Source of the DNA: Craspedostauros australis
Lineage: Eukaryota
Direction: 5' to 3'
NCBI GenBank assembly: GCA_030167865.1
Contig: JALAGF010004599.1
Span: 1-64,000 of the forward strand
DNA length: 64,000 bases
The notes under the pieces are model-generated. The model did no database searches. It saw only the letters and a list, made by a program, of their open reading frames with translations, and was not told where the DNA came from. This document shows, piece by piece, positions 60,538-64,000 of this stretch; positions within the stretch are counted from its first letter, which is position 1, and each line of letters opens with the position of its first letter. The position numbers were made by a program, and so were the translations under genes.

Positions 60538-61437
60538 CTCCTTTGATCGCTTGAGCGCTTGTTGAATCGTTCTCTTGACTTTTGTTTGTGGACAAATCGC
60601 AGCTGCTGGTATCATGCCATACCATTGTGGCATCATCCTCCATGTTGTCGGCGTTTGGCGTCGTCTCTTGTATCCGTTGCCGTTATCGCTGGTGTTGTTT
60701 TCGTCGTTGTTGTTGGCGCTTCTTGCTGGTTTGGTTTTTAATTTTGTTTGGCTTTGGTGTGATGGCGCGAAATCTGGCGAGATACGACTCCCGTTTTATT
60801 CGTGAAACGACTACACCGAATTCTTGACAACCTGATTCGATGGATCAACCGACACAGTTTTTGAGCATCGGTCCGTCCGTCGCCGGTGAATTGGCTCAGA
60901 ACAGGGACTGGGACAGCCAGACACAAATCGAGATGTCAACCCAACGCCAACCATGCAAAAACTCGCAGCAACGGCAGAGAGGTGAGAGAGACAAAAGAAC
61001 CCGTTGACGCACCCACACACATCAAAGCGGTGATGGCCACTCCATTTCTCAGCAGCTGCGCCTTTGCGAGTACTTCCTGTGGATGTGTTGCGATTTGGCA
61101 GGAGCATTCGTGGTTGTCGTTGCTGCGTGACGCAAAAACGGGTAGCGTACAGTACGGGCTGTTCTGCTTCGCAGAGAGAGTGCAGAGACCATCTTGTGGT
61201 GTGTGTTGCAAGCAGGCAACGAGAACACAACCGAGGCTGGAAACGTCAACACAGACGCAATCAAAAGGTGTGGAGAGCAGAAGTGAGGCTGTTTCGGAAA
61301 GGAAGTGGAGGACAGAAGAAGCCGAGAGGAGACCATCGTGGACATGTACACGTACTCGTACTCGTACGCGCATGTACTTGTTGCTTCCAAGCAGAGCCAT
61401 CAATCAACTGCAGCAACCACAACTGGGGAACAACACA

Positions 61438-61532
61438 CACATCAGCACTTACGTCCACATCAGCGCTTACGTCCACATCAACACTTATGTTCACATCAAC
61501 ACTTACGCTCACATCAACACTTACGTTTACAT
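61438..61532. repeat. 18-bp imperfect tandem repeat (CACATCARCRCTTAYGYY) x~5
   Basis: Directly visible upstream of the HA-domain gene. Confidence 0.85.
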
Positions 61533-61799
61533 TGAGCTGACTTGAGAGCATCGATCGAAGTCGACAACAGCATAGAATACCAATCAGAACCAGTTGTCAT
61601 CCTGCTGAGTGCTACGGCGCGAACTCAAGAAGGGAGAGGCTGCAGAATTTCCGGAGTAGGAGAACCTTCAGCGAAGACTCTGACACAACCAGAAGCAGTA
61701 GTACCAACTACGAGAATACCACGGTAGTAGCCGCACAGAAGCAAAGCAGAGGCAGTTGCACAATCCACAATCCACAACATCGTACGCGCACACAACAGA

Positions 61800-63665
61800 A
61801 TGAGGCACGTTCCGCAGAGACAGCGCAAGCTGGCGATATCAGCCTCCATCTGCATGCTGCTGCAGATGCCAAGCGCAGCAGTTGCTCTGATGCCATCAAC
61901 ATCGCACAAGACAGCTCAGATATCAGCCATCAAACTCAACTATCAGGAGTCAGCGACCACAACCATGACGCGTCCTGAGATTGCCGCAGCCTTGCACCTT
62001 GATGATTCAGCCTTCGATCGCTGGGAGGCGAACTTCCATTCGGAGTCGCCGTCTACTGCCTCGCACTCAGGTTCTGCCATCACGGATGAAGCCTCATGTC
62101 TCTCCACAACAACGACAGCAATGCCAACATTGGCAACTTCAGCATCATCAACAGCAATAACATCAACAGCAACAACATCAACAACAACAGCATCGACAAC
62201 AAGGACACCGACATCAGCCGAAGTTGGTGTGACCAAGCTGGTGGCCAACGCAGAGAGCACCGCAACCGCAGCGACCACGGGCGTCGCCAGGTACCATCCC
62301 CACACCACCTCTATTGCCAGCAGCATCCCTAACCACAGCATATCCAACGACATGGCCAACGACATCGCCACGAAGGTCCGCGCCCCAAGCTTCACCAAAA
62401 AGGTGCCAGCGACGAAACGAAGACGGAGGAGGAAATGGGACACTATGATCGTCCGCTTGGAGGAGTACCACGCCCACCACGGCCATTCCATGGTGCCGAA
62501 GGAGGACGATCATGAACTCCACATGTGGCTTCAGACGATACGGAAGAACTACTCGCATCAGATCAGACACCCCGATCGCGTGCTGCCGAACCGACCGAGG
62601 CTCGACTCCCACGACATGCGGAGGCTGGCCAAGGTGGACTTTTGCTGGAACGTCAAGGCCACCGTGTGGGACAGACGCTACGCCCAGCTCAAGGCCTTCC
62701 GTGATCAGCACGGACACTGCCGCGTCACCATGTACGACGACGTGCAGCTCAGCGTCTTCGTGCAGAATCAGCGACAAGAGTTCCGAAAGCTGCAGCAGTT
62801 CGGTCGGCAGTGCTACCAGACGACCTTGACAGCGGACAGGATCGAGAAGCTCAACCGGTTGGGTTTCCAGTGGTCGCGCGGACAGAAGGCCACGTGGGAG
62901 CATCGTTACAAGGAGCTCCTTAACTTCAAGGATCGGTTTGGCCATGCGGACGTCCCGCAACGCTACGACGGCGATCCCAAGCTCGGCGTTTGGTGCATGA
63001 ATCAGCGCACCAAGTACAAGCTCCGCAAGAAGGGCAAGTCTGGTGGTTTGACGGATGAGCAGGTGCAGAAATTAGAGTCGATCGGCTTCTCGTGGAACAC
63101 GCGGGCGGCGAGATGGCAGAACATGCTGCGCAAGTTGCAGGCGTTCTACGAGGAGCACGGTCACACGGAGGTGCCCAAGCGCGATGTGAACAACGCCGAT
63201 CTGCGGCTATGGTTGATATGGCAACGCTTTCTGTACAATAGCTCGCAGCGCGATGAGCCCACCTTCTACGTGCTGCCGCAATCCCGCATCGATCAGCTCG
63301 AGGCCGCGATTCCGGACTTCAAGTGGAAGGTCCGGGATTCCAACGCCCCGTCCAAGGAGGATTGGTCCAAGCTACTCGTCGCCATCCAAGAGAAGGGCAT
63401 CAAGCCCGGCATGCGGGCCAAGCAGCATTGGTTCGAAGGCTTGCGGCCCAACCAGGTGGAAGTCAAGAGCGAGTACACCGACGAGGAGCTTGTGGATCTG
63501 TGGAACTCTGGCGATGACGACGAAGACGGCGATCCTGATGGTGGTGATGGCGATGATTTCAATGGTGACATGCATGGAGATGGAGATGGAGCCGCTATCG
63601 GGGTAGGCCATGAGGGCGTCGGCAGCCATCAGGTAGACTCAGAGCAACAGCTGTTCACGACATAG
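61800..63665 (+). CDS. Helicase-associated (HA) domain protein with four HA repeats and no helicase core
   Basis: Four W..(R/M)...L..(F/Y)...(H/F)GH..V......L..(W/F)...(Q/I)R.....L...F.W units; hydrophobic N-terminus and Thr/Ser-rich linker. Confidence 0.88.
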   Translation: MRHVPQRQRKLAISASICMLLQMPSAAVALMPSTSHKTAQISAIKLNYQESATTTMTRPEIAAALHLDDSAFDRWEANFHSESPSTASHSGSAITDEASCLSTTTTAMPTLATSASSTAITSTATTSTTTASTTRTPTSAEVGVTKLVANAESTATAATTGVARYHPHTTSIASSIPNHSISNDMANDIATKVRAPSFTKKVPATKRRRRRKWDTMIVRLEEYHAHHGHSMVPKEDDHELHMWLQTIRKNYSHQIRHPDRVLPNRPRLDSHDMRRLAKVDFCWNVKATVWDRRYAQLKAFRDQHGHCRVTMYDDVQLSVFVQNQRQEFRKLQQFGRQCYQTTLTADRIEKLNRLGFQWSRGQKATWEHRYKELLNFKDRFGHADVPQRYDGDPKLGVWCMNQRTKYKLRKKGKSGGLTDEQVQKLESIGFSWNTRAARWQNMLRKLQAFYEEHGHTEVPKRDVNNADLRLWLIWQRFLYNSSQRDEPTFYVLPQSRIDQLEAAIPDFKWKVRDSNAPSKEDWSKLLVAIQEKGIKPGMRAKQHWFEGLRPNQVEVKSEYTDEELVDLWNSGDDDEDGDPDGGDGDDFNGDMHGDGDGAAIGVGHEGVGSHQVDSEQQLFTT

Positions 63666-64000
63666 ATTTGATTGATACCCTACTACCTATGCTGATACGA
63701 GCTTCCACCGACATCTCTCTGTCCGTGCCTGCATGTCCAAGTATCAACAAGTACTCTCTAGAGAGAACTACTCTCTCATGAGTATGTCACTGTCTCTCTC
63801 TCTGTCTGTCTGGAGAGAAGAAGGGCGGAGCGTGTGGAATCGGGAAAGAATGGTGCCTCACCATGGAGATGGACGAGCGGCCATCCACCTCGTGCTCATG
63901 TGAACCACGCACACTCGTGAATGGATGATGTCGATTCGAACTTTTTGTGACTCCCGAATTGTGACAATGATGTGCATGAACCGTTATCCACCGTTAAGAA

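Noticed and set aside
60886-61551. ORFs of 150-220 aa upstream of the HA gene
   Set aside because: They are kept open partly by tandem repeats and show no protein-like motifs.

Overview
Eukaryotic nuclear DNA, most likely from a diatom or other stramenopile. This is inferred from the GT-AG introns, compact gene spacing, signal-plus-transit presequences, a helicase-associated-domain protein and a diatom-copia-like Gag. The first ~9.5 kb is a decayed transposon island. It holds a 16-bp tandem repeat and a ~1-kb degenerate inverted-repeat pair (~765-1765 / ~2812-4045) enclosing a Myb/SANT-like pseudogene. It also holds a Tc1/mariner-superfamily transposase with DD38D spacing, one in-frame TGA, and apparent N-terminal Tudor/SH3-like and HMG-like modules. 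Finally, a copia-type gag fragment is cut at a TA followed by a mariner/Stowaway-like TIR. From ~9.9 kb the window is gene-dense: an F-box protein, a very large ATXR3/SDG2-type SET protein, a CIA30-domain protein, PDI (P5 type), a DUF2256 protein, a His-box desaturase-like protein, ESF2, N6AMT1/HemK2, an ankyrin protein, argininosuccinate lyase, a SMARCAL1-like helicase, MED10, NUF2, an EEP nuclease/phosphatase, a Bfr1-like/multi-KH protein, SSRP1 with three HMG boxes, and an HA-domain protein. Exon structures were derived by hand from splice consensus and frame continuity. All family calls rest on motif recognition; no database searches were run.
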